Shown: positions 9,444 to 19,640, counted from the stretch's first letter. The stretch is 64,000 nt of DNA from Deltaproteobacteria bacterium (GCA_012728915.1 JAAYEC010000045.1:9803-73802), one strand, 5' to 3'. The notes: generated from the sequence alone by a model not told the origin. A program made the numbers and translations.

Positions 9444-10007
9444 ATGTACAACGCGAGCGACCTGAGAAAGAACTTGAGGATCATGCTCGACGACGAGCCC
9501 TACATCGTCGTCGACTTCCAGTTCGTCAAGCCCGGCAAGGGACAGTCTCTCTACCGCTGCAGACTCCGCAACATGCTCTCCGGTAATCAGATGGACCGCA
9601 CCTTCCGGGAGGTGGACACTTTCCAACCCGCCGACACGCAGGAAAAGAACATGCAGTACCTCTACCGGGAAGGCGATGCCTTCCACTTCATGGACAACGA
9701 GAGCTTCGAGCAGATCGCCCTGACGGGGGAGCAGATCGGGGAGGCGAAGAATTTTCTCATCGAGAACATGGAGTGCAAGGTCCTGCTGTTCCGCGACCGC
9801 CCCATCGACATCACCCTGCCCAATTTCGTCGACGTGATCGTGACGGAAGCGCCCCCCTGGATCAAGGGCGACACAGTCTCGGGCAACTACAAGCCGGTCA
9901 TCGTCGAGACGGGATACAAGGTCAGCGTGCCTCCTTTCATCGAGCAGGGCCAGAAGATCCGGATCGACACACGGACGGGCGAATACCTGACCCGCGTCAA
10001 GGAATAA
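9444..10007 (+). CDS. efp: Elongation factor P
   Basis: ATG 9444 follows GGGGAG. MYNASDLRKNLRIMLDDEPYIVVDFQFVKPGKGQ.. carries the KPGKG lysine loop. 187 aa. Confidence 0.95.
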   Translation: MYNASDLRKNLRIMLDDEPYIVVDFQFVKPGKGQSLYRCRLRNMLSGNQMDRTFREVDTFQPADTQEKNMQYLYREGDAFHFMDNESFEQIALTGEQIGEAKNFLIENMECKVLLFRDRPIDITLPNFVDVIVTEAPPWIKGDTVSGNYKPVIVETGYKVSVPPFIEQGQKIRIDTRTGEYLTRVKE

Positions 10008-10023
10008 GCGGAAGCCCCGCGCC

Positions 10024-10947
10024 ATGAGTGCCGATCGGAAGCTGGAGGCCCGGCGCCGGGCCCTCGAAACGCGCGCAGACATCCTTCACGCGACGCGAGC
10101 CTTCTTTTTGTCCCGGGATTACCTCGAGGTCGAGACCCCTTGCCGCATCCCCGCCCCCCTTCCCGAATCCCACATCGACGCGGTCCCGTCGGGGACGTGG
10201 TGGCTCCAGCCGTCTCCGGAGCTGTGCATGAAGCGGATGCTTGCCGCGGGCTTTCGGCGCATCTTCCAGGTCTCCAAGTGCTGGCGGGGCGGTGAGCGCG
10301 GCACCCGGCACCTGCCGGAGTTCACCCTGCTGGAGTGGTACCGCGCCGGCTGCGACTATCGCGGGCTCATGCCGGAATGCGAGGAGCTCTTCCAATACGT
10401 TTCCGAAGCCCTCGGGATCGGGAGCAGGATGCGCTTCCAGGGCCGCGCCATCGACCTCGCGACGCCGTGGGAACGGCTGACCGTGGACCAGGCCTTTGAG
10501 CGTTACGCGTCGGTTTCCCTGAAGAGAGCCCTGAAGGAGGACCGTTTCGAAGAGATCCTGGCCCTGGAGATCGAGCCCCGCCTCGGCGATCCGACGCCTA
10601 CCCTGCTTCACGATTACCCCCTTGCCTTCGGTTCGCTTGCCAGGCGCAGCAGGACCCACCCCGAGCTGGCGGAGCGCTTCGAGATCTACATCGGGGGACT
10701 GGAGCTGGCCAACGGATTCTCAGAGCTCACCGATGCGGAGGAACAGCGGCGGCGTTTCGAAAGGGAAAACGAGATTCGCGCCAGCAGGGGACGGCCGTCC
10801 TGGCCCATGCCCGGGAAGTTCCTGGAGGCAATCCCCCGGATGCCCGAATCGGCCGGCATCGCCCTGGGGGTGGACCGGATGGTGATGCTCTTCGCCGATG
10901 CCGCCTCCATCGATGACGTCGTCGCCTTCGCGCCTGAGGAGCTGTAA
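10024..10947 (+). CDS. epmA: EF-P--(R)-beta-lysine ligase EpmA (GenX/PoxA, LysRS catalytic-core paralog)
   Basis: 307-aa class-II aaRS core without an anticodon-binding domain: ..YLEVETP.., ..FRRIFQVSKCWRGGERGTRHLPEFTLLEWY.., ..GIALGVDRMVML... Confidence 0.85.
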   Translation: MSADRKLEARRRALETRADILHATRAFFLSRDYLEVETPCRIPAPLPESHIDAVPSGTWWLQPSPELCMKRMLAAGFRRIFQVSKCWRGGERGTRHLPEFTLLEWYRAGCDYRGLMPECEELFQYVSEALGIGSRMRFQGRAIDLATPWERLTVDQAFERYASVSLKRALKEDRFEEILALEIEPRLGDPTPTLLHDYPLAFGSLARRSRTHPELAERFEIYIGGLELANGFSELTDAEEQRRRFERENEIRASRGRPSWPMPGKFLEAIPRMPESAGIALGVDRMVMLFADAASIDDVVAFAPEEL

Positions 10948-11068
10948 GCCAGCCCTTTCGACCGCCCGCTTGCTTTTCCGCCTTAAATCGTTTATAAGGG
11001 AAAAAAACTCGGTATTGGTCTAGGGTTCGGAAGCATCGCGTCTTCCGGAGGAAACCGGGATGGTCGGG

Positions 11069-11107
11069 CCGCCATCCGATCGTAAGGATCGGGTGGCGGT
11101 TTTTTTA
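11069..11107 (+). terminator. Rho-independent terminator after epmA
   Basis: 13-bp stem CCGCCATCCGATC / GATCGGGTGGCGG (one G-U pair), a 5-nt loop, then TTTTTTTAT. Confidence 0.6.
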
Positions 11108-11141
11108 TGGGACGAAAGATCGGAAACAAAGGAGGTCCGTG

Positions 11142-11669
11142 ATGGGATTTTTCGACAAGGTGTTGGGCAAGCCGGCAGGAGGAAGCTCCCCGGTGGATCG
11201 GGGGGATTTCCGGGCGCACGAAGCACCGCAGAAGGGGTTCAGCATGGCCGTGCCGCAGGACTGGATCGTGGCAGAGGACCCCGACGGGCTTGAAACGCAC
11301 CCGAAGGAGTGCGCGCGGGTTGCCGACCCGGCATCAAGCCGGGCGATCAGCAGCCCCGGGGCCAGGGTGACCATCTCCGACGTCGCCGAACCCCGACAGA
11401 ACGTGGTCAAGGAAACCATCCGGACCCGGTCGACGGCCATGACCGGCCACCGCATGGTGAGGCACATCGCCGGAGACGTCAAAAACGCCGATTTCGGGAT
11501 CGTCTACGAGTACCAGTACGGCCCCCCCGAGTCCCCGATCCGGGCCCTGGGGATCGTTGCCCAGAAGAAAAACAGGCTCTTCACCGTATCCGCCTCCGGC
11601 TCGGCGCAGGATTTCGAGAAAAACCGCGGCATCCTCGAAGCCATCATCACGAGCTTCAAGCTGCACTGA
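11142..11669 (+). CDS. Hypothetical soluble protein
   Basis: ATG 6 nt after AAGGAGG; 175 aa. I do not recognise a family. Confidence 0.6.
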   Translation: MGFFDKVLGKPAGGSSPVDRGDFRAHEAPQKGFSMAVPQDWIVAEDPDGLETHPKECARVADPASSRAISSPGARVTISDVAEPRQNVVKETIRTRSTAMTGHRMVRHIAGDVKNADFGIVYEYQYGPPESPIRALGIVAQKKNRLFTVSASGSAQDFEKNRGILEAIITSFKLH

Positions 11670-11836
11670 GGCGTCCGCCTGTTTTACTTCCACATTTCAT
11701 GGAACCGGATTTAACGTTTCGTTAAAAGATACCCCTCGCCCGCACGGGGCCGGCAGGATTGGCGAAGGCCGTCCTTGTCATAATATTGCACACAATTACG
11801 CGGAGTTGGAATTTATTTGTCTGGCGGCCCGTTTTC

Positions 11837-11853
11837 TGGCACGCTCCTTTCAA
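11837..11853 (+). promoter_or_regulatory. Candidate sigma54 (-24/-12) promoter
   Basis: TGGCACG-CTCC-TTTCA against the consensus TGGCACG-N4-TTGCW, with one mismatch at the -12 G. It lies about 65 nt upstream of ATG 11918 in an AT-richer spacer. Confidence 0.4.
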
Positions 11854-11917
11854 TACTCAATGGCAACACTCCGCAATCGATAAAATGAAAACATAAAGAA
11901 ACTCTGGAGGGGACATC

Positions 11918-12193
11918 ATGAAAAAGACGCTTTCGACACTGATCCTGGCGGGTATCATCACGCTGATCACGGGGACCTTCTGCTTTGCCGAATACGCCGC
12001 AGCGGGCGTGGAGAACTTTCCCTACTTCCACCTCGGGTGCCTGATCGTCGGCGGTATGATCATCGTCTCCCTGAAGCAGAAGTACGAGAAGATCTATCTC
12101 GGCGAAGCCGCAGGCAGCTTCGCGATGTACGCGATCCTGGTGGCCCTGTTCACGGCCCCGGTGGCGGAAGGTCTGAAGAACCTGCTCGGCTAG
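11918..12193 (+). CDS. Small hypothetical membrane protein
   Basis: 91 aa; RBS GGAGGGG; signal-like N-terminus MKKTLSTLILAGIITLITGTFCFA plus two further hydrophobic segments. Confidence 0.6.
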   Translation: MKKTLSTLILAGIITLITGTFCFAEYAAAGVENFPYFHLGCLIVGGMIIVSLKQKYEKIYLGEAAGSFAMYAILVALFTAPVAEGLKNLLG

Positions 12194-12287
12194 GATTCCC
12201 TGAGGGACACGGAGGCAACGCCCCTCACCACAGACCTGACAGCCCGACGAAACAGCCTGACGAATTCGGAAGGGGAACCAGCGAAGA

Positions 12288-12311
12288 GGCCGCCCGGTAT
12301 GCCGGGCGGCC
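12288..12311. terminator. Hairpin between convergent genes (likely bidirectional terminator)
   Basis: Perfect 10-bp stem GGCCGCCCGG-TATG-CCGGGCGGCC. The T-rich run CCTTCGCTTTCCTTTC follows on the plus strand. Confidence 0.5.
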
Positions 12312-12331
12312 CCTTCGCTTTCCTTTCGCCC

Positions 12332-13825
12332 TCAGCCTTGTACCGGCTTTTCGACGGTCCACACCGTCCCCGTCCTGGAGTCCTTCAGGACGACTCCCTT
12401 TGCCGCAAGCCCGTCACGGATCTCGTCGGCCCGTTTCCAATCCTTTTCCTTGCGCGCCCGGAGTCGCTCCCCGATCAGGGCCTCGATCTCGTCGATCTGC
12501 AGCCCCCTTTTCTGCGCCTCTCTGATCCGATCCTTCTCGAAATAGACATTGGGATCCTCCGTCAGGATCCCCAGCACGCCGCCCGTCTCGCGGAGCACGC
12601 GCTCGGCCTCGCCAAGGACGAAGAGGGCCGGGGGGGACGCCTCCGGTCCGCCGGTCACCAGGGCGTTCACCTGCCGGACGACCTCGAAGAGGTACCCCAG
12701 AGCCCGGGCCGTATTGAAGTCGTCGTCCATGGCCTCCCGGAAGCGCTCCGGCAGGTCCCGGACCCGCGCCAGGAGCTCTCTCTCCTTTTCCGGCAGCGGA
12801 GCCTCTCCGACGGCGGGCGCCGTGCCGGCGGGGACGAGATCGCGGATCTTCTTGAGGGCCTCGTAGAGACGGTTCATCGCGAAGCGGGCCTCGTTCAGGG
12901 CCTCCTCGGAGAAATCCAGGGGGCTGCGGTAGTGCCCCTGCAGGACGAAGAACCGGACGACCTCGGGGTGGTGAATCTTCAGGATGTCCCGGATGGTGAT
13001 GAAGTTCCCCAGCGACTTGGACATCTTCTCGTGGTTCACCTTGATGAAGCCGTTGTGGAGCCAGTACTTCGCGAAGGGTTTGCCCGAGGCGCCCTCGGAC
13101 TGGGCGATCTCGTTTTCGTGGTGCGGAAAGATCAGGTCCTCCCCGCCCCCGTGGATATCAAAGGTCTCGCCGAGGAAGTGGGTGCTCATGACGGAGCATT
13201 CAATGTGCCACCCCGGCCGTCCCTTCCCCCAGGGGCTGTCCCACCAGGGCTCCCCTTCCTTGCTCGCCTTCCAGAGGGCGAAATCGAGGGGGTCCTTCTT
13301 TTTCTCGCCCGGAGCGATGCGGGCCCCCGACATCATCTCGTCGAGATTGCGGCCCGAAAGTTTGCCGTAGCCCCGGAAGTTCTTCACGGAGAAATACACG
13401 TCGCCACCGGGCACGGCGTAGGCCAGCCCGTTGCCGATCAGTCTGTCGATCAGGCCGATCATGCCCGGGATGTGCTCCGTGGCCCGGGGTGTCACGTCGG
13501 GCGGCTCGACGCCGAGCTGCCCCATGTCGCGGTCGTGCTCGGCGATGTAGCGTTCGGAGATCTTCCGAAACTCCACCCCCTCCCGGTTGGCCCTCGCGAT
13601 GATCTTGTCGTCGACGTCGGTGAAATTCTTGACGTAGTTGACCCTGTACCCGCGGTAGCGCAGATAGCGGGTGATGACGTCGAAGTTGATGGCCGAGCGC
13701 GCATGGCCGATGTGGCAGGTGTCGTAGACCGTGACTCCGCAGGCGTAGATCCCCACCTCGCCGTCCTTTATGGGAACGAAATCCTCCTTCCGGCGAGTCA
13801 GGGTGTTGTAGAGACGAAGCGCCAT
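12332..13825 (-). CDS. cysS: Cysteine--tRNA ligase
   Basis: ATG 13825 gives MALRLYNTLTRRKEDF... HIGH-type (..TCHIGHARS..) and KMSKS motifs are present. 497 aa; the track ORF extends to 13936. Confidence 0.95.
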   Translation of the reverse strand: MALRLYNTLTRRKEDFVPIKDGEVGIYACGVTVYDTCHIGHARSAINFDVITRYLRYRGYRVNYVKNFTDVDDKIIARANREGVEFRKISERYIAEHDRDMGQLGVEPPDVTPRATEHIPGMIGLIDRLIGNGLAYAVPGGDVYFSVKNFRGYGKLSGRNLDEMMSGARIAPGEKKKDPLDFALWKASKEGEPWWDSPWGKGRPGWHIECSVMSTHFLGETFDIHGGGEDLIFPHHENEIAQSEGASGKPFAKYWLHNGFIKVNHEKMSKSLGNFITIRDILKIHHPEVVRFFVLQGHYRSPLDFSEEALNEARFAMNRLYEALKKIRDLVPAGTAPAVGEAPLPEKERELLARVRDLPERFREAMDDDFNTARALGYLFEVVRQVNALVTGGPEASPPALFVLGEAERVLRETGGVLGILTEDPNVYFEKDRIREAQKRGLQIDEIEALIGERLRARKEKDWKRADEIRDGLAAKGVVLKDSRTGTVWTVEKPVQG

Positions 13826-13884
13826 GGCCTGCCCTCCCGTGCAGAATAGGGATCGATGGTGGCTGCGCGGCTTGCCGCGAAAGG

Positions 13885-14922
13885 CTACGGAAAGAGGGCG
13901 ATCATGCCCAGACCCGTGTCTTCGCGCAGGCCGCACATGAGGTTCATGTTCTGGACCGCCTGGCCCGAGGCCCCCTTCACGAGGTTGTCGATGGCCGACA
14001 GGATGATGACCCGGTTCGTCCGCTCGTCGACGGCGAGCCCTATGTGGCAGAAATTGGTCCCCTTCACGGAGGATACGTTCGGGTAGCTCCCCCTGTCCAG
14101 GACCCGGATGAAGGGCTCGCTGCCGTAGACGTTTCTATATAAGTCAATCAGCTCGGCCGTGGAAAGCGTTTTTTTCAGGCTCGCGTAGACGGTGCTGAGG
14201 ATGCCTCGGTTGAGCGGCAGCAGGTGCGGCGTGAAGGAGATCTTCACCTCCCGGCCCGCCAGCGCGCTCAGCTCCTGCTCGATCTCGGGGGTGTGCCGGT
14301 GCCCGTTGACCTTGTAGGCCTTGAACCCTTCGTCGACCTCGCAGAACAGCGAGCCGATGACGGGGTCCCGGCCCGCGCCGCTCACCCCCGATTTGGAGTC
14401 GACGATGATGGTGGACGTGTCGACGACCCCCTCCCGCAGGGCGGGCGCCAGCGCCAGGATGGCGCTCGTCACGTAGCAACCGGGGTTGGCCACGAGATCC
14501 GCCTTCTTCACCTGCTCCCGGTACAGCTCCGGCAGGCCGTACACGGCCCGCGTCATGAGCTCCGGGGCCGTGTGCTCGTGGTACCACGCCGCGAAGACGC
14601 CGAGATCCCGAAGCCGGAAATCGGCCGAGAGGTCGATCACCTTCTTCCCGGCGGCGACGAAGGCCGGCGCGACGGCCATGGCCTCCCCGTGGGGCGTGGC
14701 CATGAAGATCACGTCGGCGGCCCCAGCCAGTTCCTCGGGAGAGGCGTCGATGAAGCGGATGTCCGTGAGACCCTCGAACAGGGGATAGGTGTTCGAGAGG
14801 GGCTGTCCTTTGAACTTGCGCGACGTCAGCCCCGTGACCTCCACTCCGGGGTGCCGAAGCAGAATCCGCATCAGCTCGAGACCCGTGTAGCCGCTGCCGC
14901 CGTAGATTCCGACCCGAATCAT
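13885..14922 (-). CDS. argC: N-acetyl-gamma-glutamyl-phosphate reductase
   Basis: 345 aa; MIRVGIYGGSGYTGLELMRIL..; active-site region ..VANPGCYVTS... Confidence 0.95.
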   Translation of the reverse strand: MIRVGIYGGSGYTGLELMRILLRHPGVEVTGLTSRKFKGQPLSNTYPLFEGLTDIRFIDASPEELAGAADVIFMATPHGEAMAVAPAFVAAGKKVIDLSADFRLRDLGVFAAWYHEHTAPELMTRAVYGLPELYREQVKKADLVANPGCYVTSAILALAPALREGVVDTSTIIVDSKSGVSGAGRDPVIGSLFCEVDEGFKAYKVNGHRHTPEIEQELSALAGREVKISFTPHLLPLNRGILSTVYASLKKTLSTAELIDLYRNVYGSEPFIRVLDRGSYPNVSSVKGTNFCHIGLAVDERTNRVIILSAIDNLVKGASGQAVQNMNLMCGLREDTGLGMIALFP

Positions 14923-14940
14923 GTTCCCCTCCCTTCACAT

Positions 14941-14966
14941 AAAAAAGGGGGTTCCGAGAACCCCCC
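14941..14966 (-). terminator. Rho-independent terminator after rpsI
   Basis: The minus strand reads GGGGGTT-loop-AACCCCC followed by TTTTTTAT, between the rpsI stop and the argC start. Confidence 0.6.
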
Positions 14967-14980
14967 TTTCGCCGTTTCGC

Positions 14981-15373
14981 TTAGCGCTTCGAGAACTGGA
15001 ACCGTTTCCGGGCTCCGGGCTGGCCGTATTTCTTGCGCTCCTTCATGCGAGAGTCCCGCGTCAGGAATCCCGCTTTTTTCAGGATCGGCCGAAGCTCCGC
15101 GTCGAACTCGCAGAGGGCCTTGGAGATCCCGTGCTTGACCGCGTCGGCCTGTCCGGCGATCCCGCCGCCGTCAACATTGACGTAGAAGTCGAACCTGCCG
15201 ACCTGGCTGGTGATCTCCAGGGGCTGCCGGATGATCTTCTTGAGGACGTCCCGGGTGAAGTAATCGTCGAAATTCCGATTATTGATGGTGAATGCGCCGG
15301 AGCCTTCCTTCATCCAGACCCGGGCGATCGCCGTCTTCCTTTTCCCCGTTGCATAAATCCGCTTGTCGGTCAT
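14981..15373 (-). CDS. rpsI: 30S ribosomal protein S9
   Basis: 130 aa; [19 protein letters not shown].. and a C-terminal ..[11 protein letters not shown]. Confidence 0.97.
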   Translation of the reverse strand: MTDKRIYATGKRKTAIARVWMKEGSGAFTINNRNFDDYFTRDVLKKIIRQPLEITSQVGRFDFYVNVDGGGIAGQADAVKHGISKALCEFDAELRPILKKAGFLTRDSRMKERKKYGQPGARKRFQFSKR

Positions 15374-15399
15374 AGCTGATGCTCCATCTCCGGTCGATC

Positions 15400-15828
15400 T
15401 TACAGTTCAAGCAGGTGGGGCTTCTGGGCTTCGTGGGGGTGCTTGCCCCCGGCGTAGATCTTGAGCTTGCGCAGCTGCCGCCGGCCCAGTGAATTCTTGG
15501 GAAGCATGCCCTGCACCGCGCGGCGGATCAGCTCTTCGGGCTTCTTGGCCAGCAGCTTGCCGGCGGGCCATTCCTTGATTCCGCCCGGGTAGCCCGAATG
15601 GTGATAGTAGATCTTGTCGGCGAGCTTCTTGCCCGTCAGCGCAATCTTCTCGGCATTGATGACCACCACGAAATCCCCCGTGTCGGCATGGGGCGTGAAA
15701 ACGGCCTTGTGCTTCCCGCGGAGGCGGTGAGCGATCTCCCGGGCGAGTCTTCCCAGAACCTTCCCCTGCGCATCGACGAGAAACCAGTCGCGGTCGACGG
15801 CGTCCTTCTTGGCCATAAACGTACTCAT
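15400..15828 (-). CDS. rplM: 50S ribosomal protein L13
   Basis: ATG 15828 gives [29 protein letters not shown].., colinear with the L13 N-terminus. 142 aa; the track ORF extends upstream. Confidence 0.97.
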   Translation of the reverse strand: MSTFMAKKDAVDRDWFLVDAQGKVLGRLAREIAHRLRGKHKAVFTPHADTGDFVVVINAEKIALTGKKLADKIYYHHSGYPGGIKEWPAGKLLAKKPEELIRRAVQGMLPKNSLGRRQLRKLKIYAGGKHPHEAQKPHLLEL

Positions 15829-15861
15829 GGGCACACCATTCCGCTGAAATTCGAAGAAGTG

Positions 15862-15890
15862 AGAATAGGCGACTCGGCGCGTTTTGTCAA
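15862..15890 (-). promoter_or_regulatory. Candidate sigma70 promoter for rplM-rpsI
   Basis: The minus strand reads TTGACA (15890-15885), a 17-nt spacer, then TATTCT (15867-15862). It is preceded by a T-rich tract and lies about 30 nt upstream of the rplM ATG. Confidence 0.5.
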
Positions 15891-16028
15891 GGAAAAAAGA
15901 GGATACGGGGGCTTGACAAATGAACGGGGTCGCGGAATGACGGGATTCCTTCTTCCCCCAATGAATCCGACCGGTTCCGCCTTCCCCTGCTGACCCGGCT
16001 CGCTGTTTACCGGGCCACCGCGCAGCGG

Positions 16029-18332
16029 CTAGAAGCCCATCGTCTGCCTCGAAGCCGAGAATCCCCCGACTCGCCCGAGACCGGTCAGGGAGAAGAAGAC
16101 CATGAACTGCCGGTCGTCCACGAGGTCCGAGTAGCTCACCTGGACGCTCCAGCACTGGCGGCGGTATTCCACGCCGACGGTCTTCTCCAGCGTCGCATTG
16201 CTGAACTCATCCCGCCGGAACCCTGCAAACACGTCGAGGGCGTCCGTGACCCGGAGCTTTCCCGTGAGGCCGACGGATTCGATGGAATCCCTCGCGTACC
16301 GGTAGACGAGGGACAGGCTGTCACCCCGGCCGTCACTCAGGGCGATGTCCTGGTTGATCTGCGCCCAGGCCGTCGTGTTGACGTCGTAGGCCGCCCGCGT
16401 CATGAACGACAGGTACCGGTAGGGGTTGATGTCCATCTCCAGGTCGACGGGCCGGAACGGTTTCGTCGGGTCCGCCGGGAGCAAATTGGGCGTTGTGGTC
16501 GGAAGCGCGAGCGTGGGCTGGGTGACGTAGATCGCGGGGGTCGAGACGTTGTAGGTCTGGCTCAGCTTCAGCCGCAGGATCTCCCGGTAGCTCACGCTAC
16601 CCTTCTCGTCGCGGAGCCGGGAGATCAGGGTGTTCGTCAGCGCGTAGGTGAGGCTGTTCTCGTTGTCCACGGAGGCGCTGACGCCTCCCACCGCCGTGGT
16701 TGCGACGGGCAGGACGAAATCGGGCCGCACGCTCGGCCCGGCGGAGGGGATGTAGCTATAGGTGAGCTCGGGCTTGACGGTGTGACGGACCTTCTCCACC
16801 CCTCCCCAGCCCACATCCAGGATCCGGAAGACCTCGGTGGAGGCGTTCAGCCCCAGCGTGTACACGGAGCGGCTGGCCGAGTCGCCCGCTGCGGCGGGGC
16901 CGGTGCTCTCCGTGTCCCACAGGGTCCCGCGGAAACCCGCCACCGGCGTGATCTGCAGGTATTCGCCGACGGTCCACGGCAGGGAGAGCTTCGGGTACAC
17001 GTCGAGCACATCGCCCCTCTCCCCGAGGGTCCTGTAATAGTTGCCGTAGAGGCCGGTGAACTCCCAGTTAAGGCGGGTCCCGAAGAGGGGCTGCTTGAAC
17101 CCGGTCAGCGTGATCTCGGGATAGCGCTGCAGGGTCTCGTCGTTGGAGGGGCTCGTCAGGTTGTCCGTGTACTGCCCCAGGGCCGTCAGGTTGAAGGACT
17201 GCCACTCCTTGACAAGTCTGGCCGTGGAATCATAGCTCGTGAGTTGTTCGTTGGCCAGGAAGGAAACTCGCTCGAACTTGCGGTTCAGGCTGCCCGCGTA
17301 GTGATCGCGGTAGTAATTGTGCGAGTCGAAATCCCGGAAGTAGTAGATGTCGGACACCTTCTTGAGGTCCGACCGGAAGTAGAACCCGGGGCTGAACGTC
17401 GTTTCGTGGTTCCAGTACCACGACCAGCGATCCTGCTTCTCCGTCCAGTTCCGGGGAATTCCCCCGGGGGTGTCCGACCCGGTCCACCGGTCTTTCAGGA
17501 AATCCCCGTAGAAGAGGCCGTGGGTCGTTGTGCCGGGCTGGTAGCGGAACTCGAGACCTTCCTTCACCCCCCGCTTGTCCATGTAGCGCGTGTACAGCGT
17601 GGCGTCAGTGTTCTCCGAGATGGCCCAGTAGAACGGAATCTCCGTGTCGAAGCCCAGCTTGTCCTGCGAATAGCCAAGGGAGGGGAAGAGAAACCCGGAC
17701 TGGCGCGTCGTCTTCGCGGGGAATATCAGCCAGGGAAACCACGCCACCGGCGTGTTGCGGACCTGGAACGTGCCGTTCTTCAGGGTGCCGTAGCCGTCCA
17801 CGGTGACATCCACCTCCCGTGCGGCAAAGCGCCAGTCGGCCACGGGGCCGTCGCAGGTCGTGGCCGTCCCGTCCTTGATCCGGTAGGAGGCCTCGCCCGA
17901 CTTTTCGATTTCGCTTCCCGTGATGAAGAGATGATTGCGGACGAAGAACATGCGCCCGTCCCGGGCGATACCGGTCTTCGAGTCGAGATTGAGTTCGATG
18001 ACATCGCCCTCGAGGGTGTCCCCGTTGCTCTGCAGCAACGCATGGCCGCGCGCCCAGGCATCGCCCGTCGTGCGGTTCATCGTAACGGTATCGGCCTTCA
18101 GGAAGCCGCCCGCAAAGGTGATGACCACATCGCCCTCGGCGCGGTAGACGTCCGAGTCTTGGTCGTAGTCGAGGCGCTCGGCCTCGATCCGGACGGGACC
18201 CTTACCCGCCTGGCGGAGGTCGAGGCTCGGCTGCGCCCAGGCCCAAACGGGCGGAAGAAGCAGAAGCAGGACAACGAGACAAGCCGATCGGCACCGACTC
18301 GCAATGCCCCTGTTGTTCCGGTCAGCGGTCAT
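16029..18332 (-). CDS. lptD: LPS-assembly outer-membrane protein LptD
   Basis: ATG 18332 gives [34 protein letters not shown] (signal peptide). An OstA-like N-terminal domain is followed by a large beta-barrel ending in ..MGF. The start overlaps the folC stop (ATGA). Confidence 0.85.
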   Translation of the reverse strand: MTADRNNRGIASRCRSACLVVLLLLLPPVWAWAQPSLDLRQAGKGPVRIEAERLDYDQDSDVYRAEGDVVITFAGGFLKADTVTMNRTTGDAWARGHALLQSNGDTLEGDVIELNLDSKTGIARDGRMFFVRNHLFITGSEIEKSGEASYRIKDGTATTCDGPVADWRFAAREVDVTVDGYGTLKNGTFQVRNTPVAWFPWLIFPAKTTRQSGFLFPSLGYSQDKLGFDTEIPFYWAISENTDATLYTRYMDKRGVKEGLEFRYQPGTTTHGLFYGDFLKDRWTGSDTPGGIPRNWTEKQDRWSWYWNHETTFSPGFYFRSDLKKVSDIYYFRDFDSHNYYRDHYAGSLNRKFERVSFLANEQLTSYDSTARLVKEWQSFNLTALGQYTDNLTSPSNDETLQRYPEITLTGFKQPLFGTRLNWEFTGLYGNYYRTLGERGDVLDVYPKLSLPWTVGEYLQITPVAGFRGTLWDTESTGPAAAGDSASRSVYTLGLNASTEVFRILDVGWGGVEKVRHTVKPELTYSYIPSAGPSVRPDFVLPVATTAVGGVSASVDNENSLTYALTNTLISRLRDEKGSVSYREILRLKLSQTYNVSTPAIYVTQPTLALPTTTPNLLPADPTKPFRPVDLEMDINPYRYLSFMTRAAYDVNTTAWAQINQDIALSDGRGDSLSLVYRYARDSIESVGLTGKLRVTDALDVFAGFRRDEFSNATLEKTVGVEYRRQCWSVQVSYSDLVDDRQFMVFFSLTGLGRVGGFSASRQTMGF

Positions 18333-19606
18333 GTCTCGACGAGCCCGGGTCCTTTCGACGGGATCATGAGCGGACGCACCGCCCCCACAAGGTAGAGGGA
18401 TCCCGCGACACATACGAGATCGCTCCGGCCGGCCCCCTGCAGGGCTGCCCGCATTGCCTGCCGGGGGTCGTCCACGATCTCCACGTTCCGGTTCCACCGT
18501 CGGGCCTCCCCGGCCAGGATACGGGGCGCCAAGGCCCTGTCCTCCGGCGGGCGGGTCAGAATGACCCGGTGGGCCCGCGGGACCAGCCGGCGCAGCATTC
18601 CCTTCCAGTTCTTGTCGGCGAGCACCCCCAGCACCAGGATGAGCCTGCGATACCCGATCCCGCCCAGGGCCTTCGCAAGCGCCGCCGCACCCGCCGGGTT
18701 GTGGGCGCCGTCCAGGAGGACGGCGGGGCGCATCCCCACCATTTCCATGCGCCCCTCCCAGCGCACTCCCGAGAGGCCCTCGCGGACGGCCTCGTCGCCG
18801 ATGAGGAAGCCTCTCTCGCGCAGGACCCCGAGCGCCCCCAGGACACAGGCGGCGTTTTCCCTCTGGTGGCCGCCCCGCAGGGACAGCGAGAGCTCCCGGA
18901 CCGCAAGCCCGGGAGCCGTGCAGTCCAGCGCGCCGTCCGGCCTCGACCGAACTCGGATCTCCCGGCCCACTCTCAGCAGGCGGGCCCGCCTTCGCCTGCA
19001 GGTTGTTTCCAGGACTTCGAGCACGACGGCCTGGCGGGCGGCCGTCACGCAGGCGCGGCCGGTCTTGATGATCCCCGCCTTTTCCCGGGCGATGTCAGCG
19101 AGGCGCGGGCCGAGGTGCTCGGTGTGGTCCATCGCGACGTTCGAGATGACGCTCAGCTCGGGGCGGACGACATTGGTGGCGTCCAGGCGTCCCCCCATGC
19201 CGACCTCGAGAATCGCCACATCCACGGGGCTTGCCGCAAAGTGGAGGAAGGCGAGCGCCGTGGAAAATTCGAAGTACGTCACTTCCTCTTGCGCCGCCCC
19301 CCGTACCTGCCGGATCAGCGCCTTCAGATCCTCTCCGGGGATCGGTACGCCGCCCAGGCGGATGCGCTCCCGGAAATCGACGAGGTGAGGCGAGGTATAG
19401 AGGCCCGTGCGGTACCCCGCCGCCTGCAGGACGCAGGCCAGGCTCGAGGCGATGGAGCCCTTGCCGTTGGTGCCCCCCACGAGAATGCTGCGAAAACGAT
19501 CCTGCGGACTACCCAGGCGCTTAAGCAGCCTTCGGACGGGCCCCAGGCCCGGCCGGATGCCCGCGCTCTTCAGACTGTCGAGATAGTTCAGCGGTTCCTC
19601 AATCAT
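18329..19606 (-). CDS. folC: Bifunctional folylpolyglutamate synthase/dihydrofolate synthase
   Basis: ATG 19606 gives MIEEPLNYLDSLKSAGIRPGL... Mur-ligase P-loop ..VGGTNGKGS... 425 aa. Confidence 0.9.
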   Translation of the reverse strand: MIEEPLNYLDSLKSAGIRPGLGPVRRLLKRLGSPQDRFRSILVGGTNGKGSIASSLACVLQAAGYRTGLYTSPHLVDFRERIRLGGVPIPGEDLKALIRQVRGAAQEEVTYFEFSTALAFLHFAASPVDVAILEVGMGGRLDATNVVRPELSVISNVAMDHTEHLGPRLADIAREKAGIIKTGRACVTAARQAVVLEVLETTCRRRRARLLRVGREIRVRSRPDGALDCTAPGLAVRELSLSLRGGHQRENAACVLGALGVLRERGFLIGDEAVREGLSGVRWEGRMEMVGMRPAVLLDGAHNPAGAAALAKALGGIGYRRLILVLGVLADKNWKGMLRRLVPRAHRVILTRPPEDRALAPRILAGEARRWNRNVEIVDDPRQAMRAALQGAGRSDLVCVAGSLYLVGAVRPLMIPSKGPGLVET

Positions 19607-19640
19607 GAAGGCACAAGCAGCAGGGACTCGCGAAGAAGAA

